The notes under the pieces: generated by a model
What the model was told of the DNA's origin: nothing
Databases searched by the model: none
What the model saw: only the letters and a program-made list of their open reading frames with translations
In this document: in pieces, positions 1-9,199 of the stretch
Position numbering within the stretch: the stretch's first letter is position 1
How the letters are laid out: the number at the start of each line of letters is the position of its first letter
Origin: Candidatus Uhrbacteria bacterium GW2011_GWE2_46_68
GTDB taxonomy: Bacteria; Patescibacteriota; Patescibacteriia; UBA9934; GWF2-40-263
Reading direction: 5' to 3'
DNA length: 60,260 nucleotides
NCBI GenBank assembly: GCA_001002765.1
Contig: LCMS01000003.1
Span: forward strand, 1-60,260
Position numbers and translations under genes: made by a program

Positions 1-28
1 GTAGGGGCAAACAGCCGTTTGCCCCACG
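1..28. repeat. GTAG-type REP-like palindrome, copy 1 (at window edge)
   Basis: gtaggggcaaacagccgtttgccccacg; near-identical copy at 33509-33536 and variant at 43144-43171. Confidence 0.7.
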
Positions 29-191
29 ATAACGATACATTCCGGTTTTTACGAAACGACCCCCGTTGAGCTTTGCTCCGGGGGTTTTCTTGTCTATGAG
101 ATAGGTCCTATAGGACCAATGGGGCCTATACCAAAAACACCCAAGGTACAATCGCCCCGGGTGTTTCTTTTTTTTATTTTTCCTCCAGTTC

Positions 192-572
192 CTAACTCGC
201 TACCGTTGCCAAGGAATCAATCACGAAATCGGCAAGAGCAAAGGCGCCGATAATGATAATAATTCCGATCACAGCCTGGGTAAGCATCTTGGTTGCGTCT
301 CCAGTCTTTTTTGTATCTCCTTGTGCGGTCAGCCACTTAAATCCGGCAAAAATGATAAGGATCAAAAAGACAATGCCTAAAACAGATAGTACGACTTGAA
401 TAATGTTGCCAATAAGCACAGGGAGGGAGACTCCGCCTGTATCTGTAAGTTGTCCTTGAATATCAGCCAATGTGTCCCCGGAGGCTGATATCTGCGCATA
501 CACCGCGCCCGGCAAAAGGAGAACAGGCAAAACCGAGACCCATGCTCCGAATTTTGAAAAAAATTGTTTCAT
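192..572 (-). CDS. CPR-type pilin (TrbC/VirB2-like)
   Basis: Signal peptide, then two hydrophobic helices flanking IIFAGFKWLTAQGDTKKTGDATKML, the typical CPR pilin motif. Confidence 0.8.
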   Translation of the reverse strand: MKQFFSKFGAWVSVLPVLLLPGAVYAQISASGDTLADIQGQLTDTGGVSLPVLIGNIIQVVLSVLGIVFLILIIFAGFKWLTAQGDTKKTGDATKMLTQAVIGIIIIIGAFALADFVIDSLATVAS

Positions 573-605
573 AAAAAAAGATTAAATGACTATTTTTATA
601 ATAAT

Positions 606-929
606 TTAAACCGCAGCGGAAAGGAGGATGCCAATCACAGCGTTCACCAACATCTTGGTTGCATCTTGGGTCTTTTTGGAATCTCCTTGTGCGGTCAGCC
701 ACTTGAATCCTGACCACACAATCAGAATCAAAAAAGCAACACCAAGAATCGAAAGCACCACATCAATAAGCCCGGCAACGGTCTCGGCAAAACTGGTGGC
801 TGTGACATATCCGGCCTCGCTCCCTGCGCGCCCCAATCCTGCTGTCACAGCATCGTACGCATCATCGGCAAAAACAACCGTGGGAATTATGGCAAGAAAC
901 ATGGAAGGAATCCATTGTAAAATCTTCAT
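606..929 (-). CDS. CPR-type pilin, C-terminally shortened paralog of 192..572
   Basis: WSGFKWLTAQGDSKKTQDATKML motif; stops at GILLSAAV, about 15 aa earlier than its paralogs. Confidence 0.7.
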   Translation of the reverse strand: MKILQWIPSMFLAIIPTVVFADDAYDAVTAGLGRAGSEAGYVTATSFAETVAGLIDVVLSILGVAFLILIVWSGFKWLTAQGDSKKTQDATKMLVNAVIGILLSAAV

Positions 930-930
930 A

Positions 931-985
931 GTCTGGGGTGAAGAGCTCTAAAGCCCCTCACCCCAGACCCCCACAAATGTGGGGG
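931..985. repeat. Intergenic inverted repeats between pilin genes
   Basis: gtctggggtga (931-941) pairs with tcaccccagac (958-968); cccccac-aaat-gtggggg at 968-985. Confidence 0.6.
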
Positions 986-994
986 ACAAGGATA

Positions 995-1438
995 TTATTC
1001 TGTACTAGTAGTACCTGAAACCGCGGTTGAAATTTGATCGATTACAAAAGAGGCGATCGCATAGGCAGACAAAATGATGATCAACCCTGTGATGCCTGCA
1101 AAAATCAGCTTACGCGCGTCATCCACCTTTTTGCTGTCGCCTCCGGCAATCATCCATCTGAATCCACCATAGAGAATGATTACCACAGCAACAACTCCCA
1201 AAAACCCAAGAGCCACGCGAATGATCGAAGCGATGGTGTCCGCAAGATCTCCTGATCCAAGACCTGCGGTAGCGGCGAATGTGGAAGCATCAGATCCGCC
1301 AAAAAAATCATCTGCTCCGCTTAATGCCTGCGCGTGGACCAAGGATCCACCAAAGAGAACCGGTGTAGCAATGGCAAAAGCCATAAGACCACCCAAGAGA
1401 TATCCGAAATATTTTTTCATAACGATCTCAGAGCTCAT
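995..1438 (-). CDS. CPR-type pilin (TrbC/VirB2-like)
   Basis: ILYGGFRWMIAGGDSKKVDDARKLIFAGITGLIIILSAYAI motif; start could be the downstream MKKYF. Confidence 0.8.
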   Translation of the reverse strand: MSSEIVMKKYFGYLLGGLMAFAIATPVLFGGSLVHAQALSGADDFFGGSDASTFAATAGLGSGDLADTIASIIRVALGFLGVVAVVIILYGGFRWMIAGGDSKKVDDARKLIFAGITGLIIILSAYAIASFVIDQISTAVSGTTSTE

Positions 1439-1481
1439 TTTGATGAACTCTCCTTACTTAGTTAGAAAGTTTTTTAAAATG

Positions 1482-1838
1482 TTATGGTGTGGTTGATCCT
1501 GTAATCGTCCCTGTTCCTATCAAAGAAACGACAGTGGCAACCAAGGTGTACGCTGTAAATAATACCACAAGTCCGAGCGCTGCCCAAACCAAAGTATCTC
1601 TTCCTTTAGTTACTTTGCTTGGAGTTCCTCCCGAGGTAAGCCACAAAATTCCTCCGTAAATAAACATGGCAAGAGCAAGCACGCCGCTTAATCCCAAAAT
1701 CGCGCGGATGATGTATCCCACTATGGTCGGGACATCGGTGGTGCCCCCAAACGGAGAAACAAGCGCCCCTGCAGCCAAAGCTGCGGAAGGAAGCAATAAA
1801 GCACCCAGATAAAAAAGTAAATGACGAATCGTGTTCAT
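1482..1838 (-). CDS. CPR-type pilin (TrbC/VirB2-like)
   Basis: IYGGILWLTSGGTPSKVTKGRDTLVWAALGL motif. Confidence 0.8.
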   Translation of the reverse strand: MNTIRHLLFYLGALLLPSAALAAGALVSPFGGTTDVPTIVGYIIRAILGLSGVLALAMFIYGGILWLTSGGTPSKVTKGRDTLVWAALGLVVLFTAYTLVATVVSLIGTGTITGSTTP

Positions 1839-1853
1839 AAAGTTTTCTATGGA

Positions 1854-2513
1854 TCAAAATTCAATATAACAACATTGATTGCTTTCATCCCCTGGACAAA
1901 GATTTATCACACAGTTTGGTGTGTCCCCCGATGCTTCAATAATATCTACATCAGCACACATCCATGACCCTGTTGTATCTCCTGTTGTATTTTTAAGATC
2001 ACATTCACTCTCACAGGTGCCAATCTCCGAACAGCGCATATACTCCCCGCAAGGCTCACCCTCATTGATCTCTCCCGGGCCACAAGTGACATAGCTTTCA
2101 CTGGTGAGTACATCTCCTCCACGCAAAACAGATTCCAAAGTTTTTACCCCGGCATACGCCACAAAAACAATGACTAAACCAACCGTAGAAACTTGAAGAT
2201 ATTTAATCCCCTTTTGAACTTGGGAGGTGTTCCCGCGAGAAGTGATGAGATACAGTCCTCCGATCACATACATGAGAAGCACCAAGGAACCCGAAATACC
2301 CAAAACATAATTTCCGATATTATGAAAAACCTGCATGATGTCGTCCATGGAACAGTCCCCCGTATTCCCGCAAGACCTTGAGATGCCGTCCATAAAAACT
2401 CCAACTTCGGATGTAACGCAGGGGTCATTGGTGCAAATCTGCGAAGCAAAAACCGGAAGTGCTGCGACACTCAACAAAAAACTCATACTTAGAATGAGAG
2501 ATATTTTTTTCAT
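1854..2513 (-). CDS. Pilin with Cys-rich N- and C-terminal extensions
   Basis: YVIGGLYLITSRGNTSQVQKGIKYL pilin core; Cys-rich flanks ending NLCPGDESNQCC. Confidence 0.7.
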   Translation of the reverse strand: MKKISLILSMSFLLSVAALPVFASQICTNDPCVTSEVGVFMDGISRSCGNTGDCSMDDIMQVFHNIGNYVLGISGSLVLLMYVIGGLYLITSRGNTSQVQKGIKYLQVSTVGLVIVFVAYAGVKTLESVLRGGDVLTSESYVTCGPGEINEGEPCGEYMRCSEIGTCESECDLKNTTGDTTGSWMCADVDIIEASGDTPNCVINLCPGDESNQCCYIEF

Positions 2514-3883
2514 AACGTCTCATTCACTTTATTTTGCGCGTCTTGCATGGTCCTCACAATATCCTCGGATCCGGTAACGGCCGTATCAATCAAATCGGCT
2601 AACGCCTCCTCAGCCACAGCCGCATCATCCCCTTCATACCAACTATCCGCAGTCAAAAGCTGACTTGCAAAAGGCGCCAGCCATTCGTCGTTAAGTTGAT
2701 CTTCGATAAGAGATCGCAGTGCGGTTGGGCGCCCGGCTCTTTCAAGATAACTTCCCACCTGATCCGCATCTGTGGCAAATAGAATGAAATCCCATGCCCA
2801 ATTGCTGTATTTGGTATCTTTGGAAACTGTCTCTACCCAATAATTGGCATAATTCACCACACGCCCACCGGAAATTTGCGGCACGGTCGTGACCCCAAAA
2901 TCCAATTTGCCGTTCGCGGCTTGAATCAAAGGGATGTGATAGGAATAACCGAAAAAATATCCGACCTGACCGTTGACAAACGCGTTAAAAGAATTTGTTT
3001 GCTCTTCATTCCAGCAATAAACTTGCTTCATGGGATTGGCGAAGTCCGTGTAAAAATACAAAGCATCGAGTCCCAGATTCTCTTCTTTTCCGCGCCCCGA
3101 AAAAGCAGCGTCCCCACGATCATCCACCATGTTTGTGCCATTTTGCATCATGAGAAGTGAGAGGATATCAAACGATCGCTCCACATTATCGCTTGTGCCA
3201 AGTGCTGTACCTGATTGTAAAACCGCATCATTGGCCCCAAGCAAGGTCATTTTAGCGACATCATTTTGGAACACATCCCATGTGGTCGCAGGTTGTGCGA
3301 TCCCGGAGGCATCTAAAAGATCTTTGTTATAAAACATGGTCAGGGTGTCAACAAACAAAGGCAGTCCGTAGATCTTTTCTACAGACTCCTCTTTGACGGT
3401 TGATTGATAAAAACGCAATACATCATCTGCTACCACATCTACAAAAGTGGTTTCCAGCTGACGTTTGCTTAGGGTTGCGCTTTCAACCAAGGTGGTAATC
3501 TCTTCTTTTTTGAGAGAACCTGTAATTTCGGTAAAAGGGATTGTGACTGTCTCTGGCATGGGGGAGATCAGATTATCGTATTTGCCGATCCAGGTATTGT
3601 GTAAAGAAAAAATGTCCGGACCGTTTCCTTCAGCAAGCGCGCGAATGAGCTCGTCTTCATAATCATCAAAACGAAGCTCGCGATATTCAAAACTGACATT
3701 GGGATGGATGGCGCGATAGGCGCTCATGATCTCCCCCATGGTCTCATCGTCATCAAATACGCGCCACAAGGTGAGTTTCACCGGCATGTTCGCCGCCTCC
3801 TCGGCAGCCGAAGATCCTCCGCATCCTGCGCCGGAAGTGATTAAAAAAATGAAAAGAAGAAACAAAGGAAAAAAACGTTTCAT
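2510..3883 (-). CDS. Extracellular solute-binding lipoprotein (carbohydrate ABC SBP-like)
   Basis: Lipobox GAGC; GNGPDIF, YGLPLFVDTLTMFYNKDLL and AFVNGQVGYFF motifs of SBP family 1. Confidence 0.85.
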   Translation of the reverse strand: MKRFFPLFLLFIFLITSGAGCGGSSAAEEAANMPVKLTLWRVFDDDETMGEIMSAYRAIHPNVSFEYRELRFDDYEDELIRALAEGNGPDIFSLHNTWIGKYDNLISPMPETVTIPFTEITGSLKKEEITTLVESATLSKRQLETTFVDVVADDVLRFYQSTVKEESVEKIYGLPLFVDTLTMFYNKDLLDASGIAQPATTWDVFQNDVAKMTLLGANDAVLQSGTALGTSDNVERSFDILSLLMMQNGTNMVDDRGDAAFSGRGKEENLGLDALYFYTDFANPMKQVYCWNEEQTNSFNAFVNGQVGYFFGYSYHIPLIQAANGKLDFGVTTVPQISGGRVVNYANYWVETVSKDTKYSNWAWDFILFATDADQVGSYLERAGRPTALRSLIEDQLNDEWLAPFASQLLTADSWYEGDDAAVAEEALADLIDTAVTGSEDIVRTMQDAQNKVNETL

Positions 3884-3886
3884 ACG

Positions 3887-4750
3887 TCAAAGAGTTTTGA
3901 GATAACGCTTAAGCTCTTTGCCAATATCCGGATGCTTGAGACCGAACTGAATCTGCGCTTTCAAAAATCCGAGTTTGTCCCCGCAATCATATCGATCCCC
4001 TTCAAACTGACATCCGTACAAAGCTTTTTTATTCTTAAGATGAGAGATGAACGCATCGGCCAAACGAATTTCTCCTCCCACGCCGGGTTTTTGCGTTTCC
4101 AAAAGACGCATGATCTCGGGGGTGATGATGTACTGCCCGACCACGATCAAGTTTGAAGGAGCTTCGGAGGGAGAAGGTTTTTCCACAAAACGCTTGATCT
4201 CCCATATGTTTTTTCCAACCGAAGTGCCATCAATGACCCCGTAGCGAGACACTTCTTTTTTGGGAACAGACATGACGGCCACCACGGGATCACCATACTT
4301 TTCGTACACATTGATAAGTTGTTTGATCGCGGGAACCTTGCCGTCGATGATGTCGTCGCCAAATAAAACCGCAATGGGTTCATCTTGATCCACAAAAGGA
4401 AGAGCCGCCAAAATCGCATGCCCGTCACCCAGTGGTTTGTTTTGACGCACGAAAGCAAACTTCGCAAGTTTTCCGATCGCGGAAATTTCCTCGTACTCTT
4501 TTGTTTTATTTTTTTGCTTCAGGCGATACTCCAACTCGAAGTTGCGATCAAAATGATCTTCAATCGCACGCTTACCGATTGCGGTCACGAAAATAATTTC
4601 TTCTATGCCACTTTTCACCGCCTCCTCGACAATATATTGGATGACGGGTTTATCTACGACCGCCAACATTTCTTTTGGCTGCGCTTTGGAAGCGGGAAGA
4701 AACCGCGTGCCCATACCGGCCACGGGAATAATCGCTTTCTTGATTGCCAT
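3887..4750 (-). CDS. galU: UTP--glucose-1-phosphate uridylyltransferase
   Basis: KAIIPVAGMGTRFLPASKAQPKEML and YDCGDKLGFLKA; start moved to MAIKK (4750). Confidence 0.95.
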   Translation of the reverse strand: MAIKKAIIPVAGMGTRFLPASKAQPKEMLAVVDKPVIQYIVEEAVKSGIEEIIFVTAIGKRAIEDHFDRNFELEYRLKQKNKTKEYEEISAIGKLAKFAFVRQNKPLGDGHAILAALPFVDQDEPIAVLFGDDIIDGKVPAIKQLINVYEKYGDPVVAVMSVPKKEVSRYGVIDGTSVGKNIWEIKRFVEKPSPSEAPSNLIVVGQYIITPEIMRLLETQKPGVGGEIRLADAFISHLKNKKALYGCQFEGDRYDCGDKLGFLKAQIQFGLKHPDIGKELKRYLKTL

Positions 4751-4828
4751 ATGTGCAATCATTATAACGAAAAATGTGTATGAACGGAAACATTCATACA
4801 CACCTATCTTTTATTTTTCTTTTCTTTT

Positions 4829-5992
4829 TTACAAAAAGGCTTCTTTCTTTTCTTGAATGGCTTTGGTGAGTGCGGATCGTTCTTGCGATCTCCCTACCAA
4901 GGTGGCGCCAACAATTCTTCCGTCGCGTAAAAAACGCTGAATAATTCCCGTCCCTTCTGTTCCATTTGTGATAATTTCTTCTGCCGCTTCCCGTGATGTA
5001 TCTCCGATAAAAATCGCATCGAGTCCTAAAATACTCATGGAGTACGAGGGAACCGTTTCATACATTTCATGACCACCGGTCATATTTGCTCCGGCAATTC
5101 TTCCTTGTAACATGGCATTGGTCCATGTGCGTGCAACAAGTGATCTTCCCGAAATCTCATCCTTTACCTCTACAATATCACCGGCCGCATACATATCGGG
5201 GATACTGGTTTGCATATTTTTATCGACACAAACACCTTCTTGTGTATCCACCCCCGCTTCTTTTATCCAATACAATTCGGGCGCTGTTCCAATCCCCACC
5301 CCCAAAAGTGTGCTCTCCCAAATTTGCCCCTCGGTTTCTACGCCCTCTAAAGTCTCTTGTCCTAATAATTTTTGAATGGAAACTGAAGGGATAACGCGCA
5401 CACCCTTTTTTTGAAGCCACTTCTCAATCATCCCTCCACTTTGCGCATCAAGGACCTTAGACCAAAACCAAGGACCGCGAAACGCAATCGTCGTGGAAAT
5501 ATGGTGGTGAGAAAAAATCCAAAGATATTCGCAGGCAATAAATCCTCCTCCGTAAATAAATCCGCAGCAATGGTCTCTTTGCTCTCGTAAAAGTTGATGA
5601 AGATGGTCGGCGTCGTCAAGTGTTCGCAAATAACTCACTCCGCGCAGATCCTCGCCCAAAAGCCGCGGTTGACACCCGCCAGCCAAAAGGAGTTTGTCGT
5701 AGGGAATCTCACGGCCGTCAGAAAGAGTGACAGCGTGATTGATCGGATCAAGAGCTTTCGCTTGCAGGCCTCTTAACCACTCGATCTTTTGTTCATCATA
5801 CCAACTTTCGGTCTTCAAAAAAATCTTTTCTCGAGAAATTTTCCCTACCAGATAAGCTCCCAAAAGCACGCGTGAATACAAAGGATGTTCTTCCGCATCG
5901 ATAAGAACGATTTCTCCTTTGGGATCTTTCTTGCGGATCACTTCACATGCGTTCACCCCCGCGATGCCTCCGCCCACAATCACATAACGCAT
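4829..5992 (-). CDS. FAD/NAD(P)H-dependent oxidoreductase (ferredoxin/rubredoxin reductase-like)
   Basis: YVIVGGGIAG FAD motif, YGGGFIACE and TSIPDMYAAGD; start moved to MRYV (5992). Confidence 0.85.
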   Translation of the reverse strand: MRYVIVGGGIAGVNACEVIRKKDPKGEIVLIDAEEHPLYSRVLLGAYLVGKISREKIFLKTESWYDEQKIEWLRGLQAKALDPINHAVTLSDGREIPYDKLLLAGGCQPRLLGEDLRGVSYLRTLDDADHLHQLLREQRDHCCGFIYGGGFIACEYLWIFSHHHISTTIAFRGPWFWSKVLDAQSGGMIEKWLQKKGVRVIPSVSIQKLLGQETLEGVETEGQIWESTLLGVGIGTAPELYWIKEAGVDTQEGVCVDKNMQTSIPDMYAAGDIVEVKDEISGRSLVARTWTNAMLQGRIAGANMTGGHEMYETVPSYSMSILGLDAIFIGDTSREAAEEIITNGTEGTGIIQRFLRDGRIVGATLVGRSQERSALTKAIQEKKEAFL

Positions 5993-5996
5993 AGTT

Positions 5997-6263
5997 TTAA
6001 ATCGGGTAGATTTGATTTCCCGCTTCGTCCAAAATAATAACCGCAAGAGTGGGACAGGATTGTGCGGAAAGAATGATGTTTTCTTTTTCTTCTTCACTCA
6101 CCTCTACTATGCGCTCATAGGTCGGGCCTCCGGGTTCTTGTCCGCGATCAAGAACAAATGCTTTGTTCTCATCGTTCAGACGAAAGGTTTCGGGAGCGAC
6201 CGTCACGCAAGAGGCAGCGCCGATGCAAAGGTCAGGATCCACTTTGATGGTTAAACGTGGCAT
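5997..6263 (-). CDS. Single-cluster ferredoxin, probably [3Fe-4S]
   Basis: CIGAASC...AP..F...CP; the second Cys of CxxCxxC is replaced by Ala. Confidence 0.85.
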   Translation of the reverse strand: MPRLTIKVDPDLCIGAASCVTVAPETFRLNDENKAFVLDRGQEPGGPTYERIVEVSEEEKENIILSAQSCPTLAVIILDEAGNQIYPI

Positions 6264-6272
6264 ACAAAAAAA

Positions 6273-6716
6273 TTAAAAATGAGTTTGTTCATAATGATGA
6301 ATCGCCTCAAAAAGAGCCTTGTCGCACAAAACCGAACAATGAATTTTACGATCAGGCAATCCTCCCAAATGCTCAATAATGGTCTGAGGCTTAAGATGCT
6401 TGGCTTCCTCTAAGGTCATACCGCCGTCTTTGGTTACGATTTCGGAAGCAATCGAAGTCGCGGCAATCGCGCTTGCACATCCAAATGTCCGCCACTTGCA
6501 TCCGACAATACGTTTTGTCTGCGGATCCACCTTGATCCACATATGCATCTCGTCCCCGCAGGCCGGAGATCCGTACGAACCATGGGCATCATAATCCTTC
6601 ACCTCTTCATCATCTTTTACAAAATTACGCGGATGAAAAAAATGATCTTTCACAATATCGGAATACACCCAAGAAGTTTTTGTCTGTGTACTGCCATCCA
6701 AAAAAGGTGAGGTCAT
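6273..6716 (-). CDS. iscU: Fe-S cluster scaffold, IscU/NifU-like
   Basis: SPACGDEM, FGCASAIA and KIHCS motifs. Confidence 0.9.
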   Translation of the reverse strand: MTSPFLDGSTQTKTSWVYSDIVKDHFFHPRNFVKDDEEVKDYDAHGSYGSPACGDEMHMWIKVDPQTKRIVGCKWRTFGCASAIAATSIASEIVTKDGGMTLEEAKHLKPQTIIEHLGGLPDRKIHCSVLCDKALFEAIHHYEQTHF

Positions 6717-7966
6717 ACGAGCGGACTTAAAAGACGTAATTTTTGAATGATAGGAGGGAGAATGTCCAAAACATCTTCAATATCTTTTTTTGTGGTGGAT
6801 CGACCAAGAGTAAAACGCAGGGAACTGTGCGCTTCCTCGTGGGTAGAGCCAATCGCCATAAGCACATGACTTGGATCAAGTGACTGGCTTGTGCAAGCCG
6901 ATCCTGTGGAAACGGCAATGCCTTCATGATCAAGATAAAGAAGCATGGCCTCCCCTTCCGCTGCGGCAAAAGAAATATTGATATTATTGGGAAGACGTGT
7001 GGTTGGATGACCATTCAAATGCGTGTGCGAAACCGAGGTGAGGATTTCTCTGATGAAAAAATCGCGAAGAGTGCAAAGACGTTCGCATTCTTTCGCGCGG
7101 AGTGATTCAGCGATTTCCAAAGCTTTTGCCAATCCGACAATCACCGGAACATTTTCAGTTCCGGGACGGATGTTGTGTTCTTGTGATCCTCCAAATTGAA
7201 GCGATTGTAATTTTATTCCCCGACGACGATATAAAATCCCGATGCCTTTTGGTCCATACATTTTGCTTCCATTGAGCGTCAAAAGATCCACATGAAGTTT
7301 CTCCGCTTGCAGATCAAGGTATCCTGTGGCCTGACAGGCATCGGTGTGAAAGACTGGAAACGTTTTTCCTGTTTCCTGACGATATTTTTGCACCATGTTT
7401 CCAATTTCGCTGATAGGCTCTATGGTTCCGATCTCGTTATTTGCATACATGATCGAAATAAGAATCGTATCCGGTCGCAGAGCTTGTTTCACTTGTTGCG
7501 CCGTAATCAATCCTTGTGTGTCCGGCACAAGATAGGCCACTTCAAAACCCTCTTTCTCAAGCTGTTTTGTGGCTCCTAAAACCGCATGATGTTCAATCGC
7601 CGTTGTGATGATGTGTTTGCCTCCTTTTGCATGAGCACGCGCATAACCGAGGAGGGCGAGATTATCCGACTCGGTTCCACCCGAGGTAAAAAGAATTTCC
7701 TCGGGAAGAGCACCGAGTATTTTTGCCACACTCTTGCGGGAATTTTCGACTGCTTGTCCTGCACGCACTCCTTGCCCGTAAAGACTCGAAGGATTCCCAA
7801 ATTCTTCTTGCATATAAGGTTCCATCACTGCCCTCACTTGAGGATCAAGATGGGTTGCGGCTGCGTGATCGAGATAAATAAAACGAGTGGATTTTTGGGG
7901 GGTGCCAAACCATGTTTGGCGAACCTGACGCATGAGAAGTTTTAATTTTTCGCAAGGACAATTCAT
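6713..7966 (-). CDS. iscS: Cysteine desulfurase IscS/NifS
   Basis: IYLDHAAAT, FTSGGTESDN, NGSKMYGPKG (PLP Lys) and STGSACTS; start uncertain. Confidence 0.95.
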   Translation of the reverse strand: MNCPCEKLKLLMRQVRQTWFGTPQKSTRFIYLDHAAATHLDPQVRAVMEPYMQEEFGNPSSLYGQGVRAGQAVENSRKSVAKILGALPEEILFTSGGTESDNLALLGYARAHAKGGKHIITTAIEHHAVLGATKQLEKEGFEVAYLVPDTQGLITAQQVKQALRPDTILISIMYANNEIGTIEPISEIGNMVQKYRQETGKTFPVFHTDACQATGYLDLQAEKLHVDLLTLNGSKMYGPKGIGILYRRRGIKLQSLQFGGSQEHNIRPGTENVPVIVGLAKALEIAESLRAKECERLCTLRDFFIREILTSVSHTHLNGHPTTRLPNNINISFAAAEGEAMLLYLDHEGIAVSTGSACTSQSLDPSHVLMAIGSTHEEAHSSLRFTLGRSTTKKDIEDVLDILPPIIQKLRLLSPLV

Positions 7967-8367
7967 AGGACAATGAGATCTTGTAAGGTCATGGATCGCA
8001 GTTCCGCATCCACCCCTTCTTGAAGACGTTGCCAGATTTTTTTAAGTTGACATCCATGCCGAGCGCAAGACATTCCTCCACAAAGAGGAATGGAAACTTC
8101 CAAAGCCACGACGACATCGTAAAGATTAATAGCCGAGGGAGTGTGTAAAAGTTGATAACCCCCGTGAACTCCCCGTCTGGCTTTGATTATTCCGGCTTTG
8201 CGCAAGGTGCAAGCAATCTCTTCCAAATATCCTTGAGGAACAAAGCCTGTTTGCATGGAAAAAGCCTGTAAAGAAAGCCAATCTTTTGTGCCATATACTT
8301 GTGCTAGGGCAGCCAAAAAAAGAAAGGCATAGTGAAGACGGGCGTTCATGGGTAATAAGCTCGACAT
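7963..8367 (-). CDS. Rrf2 family regulator, IscR-like
   Basis: YLEEI..L.KAGIIKARRGVHGGYQL winged HTH; three Cys in CGGMSCARHGC; directly upstream of iscS. Confidence 0.85.
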   Translation of the reverse strand: MSSLLPMNARLHYAFLFLAALAQVYGTKDWLSLQAFSMQTGFVPQGYLEEIACTLRKAGIIKARRGVHGGYQLLHTPSAINLYDVVVALEVSIPLCGGMSCARHGCQLKKIWQRLQEGVDAELRSMTLQDLIVL

Positions 8368-8436
8368 ATTTCCTAGTTTGCAACAAGGAAAATATCAAAA
8401 AGCCACCTTTTTTGCAAGGTGGCCTTATCCTCTTTT

Positions 8437-8634
8437 TTATTCCGCAACTTCTTCCTCTGAAAAATCTCCATAAAGTTCGGGATTTTCCAGATATTCTTTA
8501 TAACATTTGTCCGAACAAAATGTCTGGAGTTTCCCTTCTTCTTCTCGCGTAATCATATCGGGCATATCTTCAAGTGGTATACCGCAGACATCGCAAGCGC
8601 GAATCAATTCACCTAAAGCATTTTCTTGGTTCAT
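8437..8634 (-). CDS. Small YHS/TRASH-like metal-binding protein
   Basis: CDVCG...TFCSDKCYKEYLENPELY; overlaps the stop of the upstream VIT1 gene. Confidence 0.65.
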   Translation of the reverse strand: MNQENALGELIRACDVCGIPLEDMPDMITREEEGKLQTFCSDKCYKEYLENPELYGDFSEEEVAE

Positions 8635-9191
8635 AATTCTTGGTTAAAAAAGAGAGTAAATTCTTGACCAATAAGATATCCGATCACTGCAGCTCCCAAA
8701 GAGACTCCCATCATTTCAAGCCCACTCTTCCAATACGAACGTTTGGTGTAATAGGCGCTCCCTATTCCCACGCAAAAAAGAATAAGCGCGATAAAACAGG
8801 GGGTGATATACAAAGCCGTAGCAATGGGTAAAAAAAGATAGGGAAGAAGGGGAAGAAATCCGCCTGCGGCATAGGAGACAGCCATGGTAAGAGCTGATCG
8901 CAAAGAAGCAAACACGAGACGAGATTCGCTTTGAAATGGTTTTTGAATTCCAATGGCACTTTTGGCGGAAAGGTAAGAACCGGCAGACATGGAAGCAATG
9001 GAAACTATGGTTACGACAACGCCGGAAAGCAAAATCACGAAACGATCTTGCCCGCCTGCCGCCATTCCCGTGACTGTTCCCAGACTTGTGATCAAACTAT
9101 CCTCCATACCAAAAATCACTTCACGCATGTTGTCGTGGGTGATGCGATTCCACCAAGATCGTTTATGCCATGCAAACATATCATCTCTCAT
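8631..9191 (-). CDS. VIT1/CCC1 family iron/manganese transporter
   Basis: REVIFGMEDSLITSLG, SMSAGSYLS and GGFLPLLPY motifs; start may be MFAWH. Confidence 0.85.
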   Translation of the reverse strand: MRDDMFAWHKRSWWNRITHDNMREVIFGMEDSLITSLGTVTGMAAGGQDRFVILLSGVVVTIVSIASMSAGSYLSAKSAIGIQKPFQSESRLVFASLRSALTMAVSYAAGGFLPLLPYLFLPIATALYITPCFIALILFCVGIGSAYYTKRSYWKSGLEMMGVSLGAAVIGYLIGQEFTLFFNQEL

Positions 9192-9199
9192 GATACACT

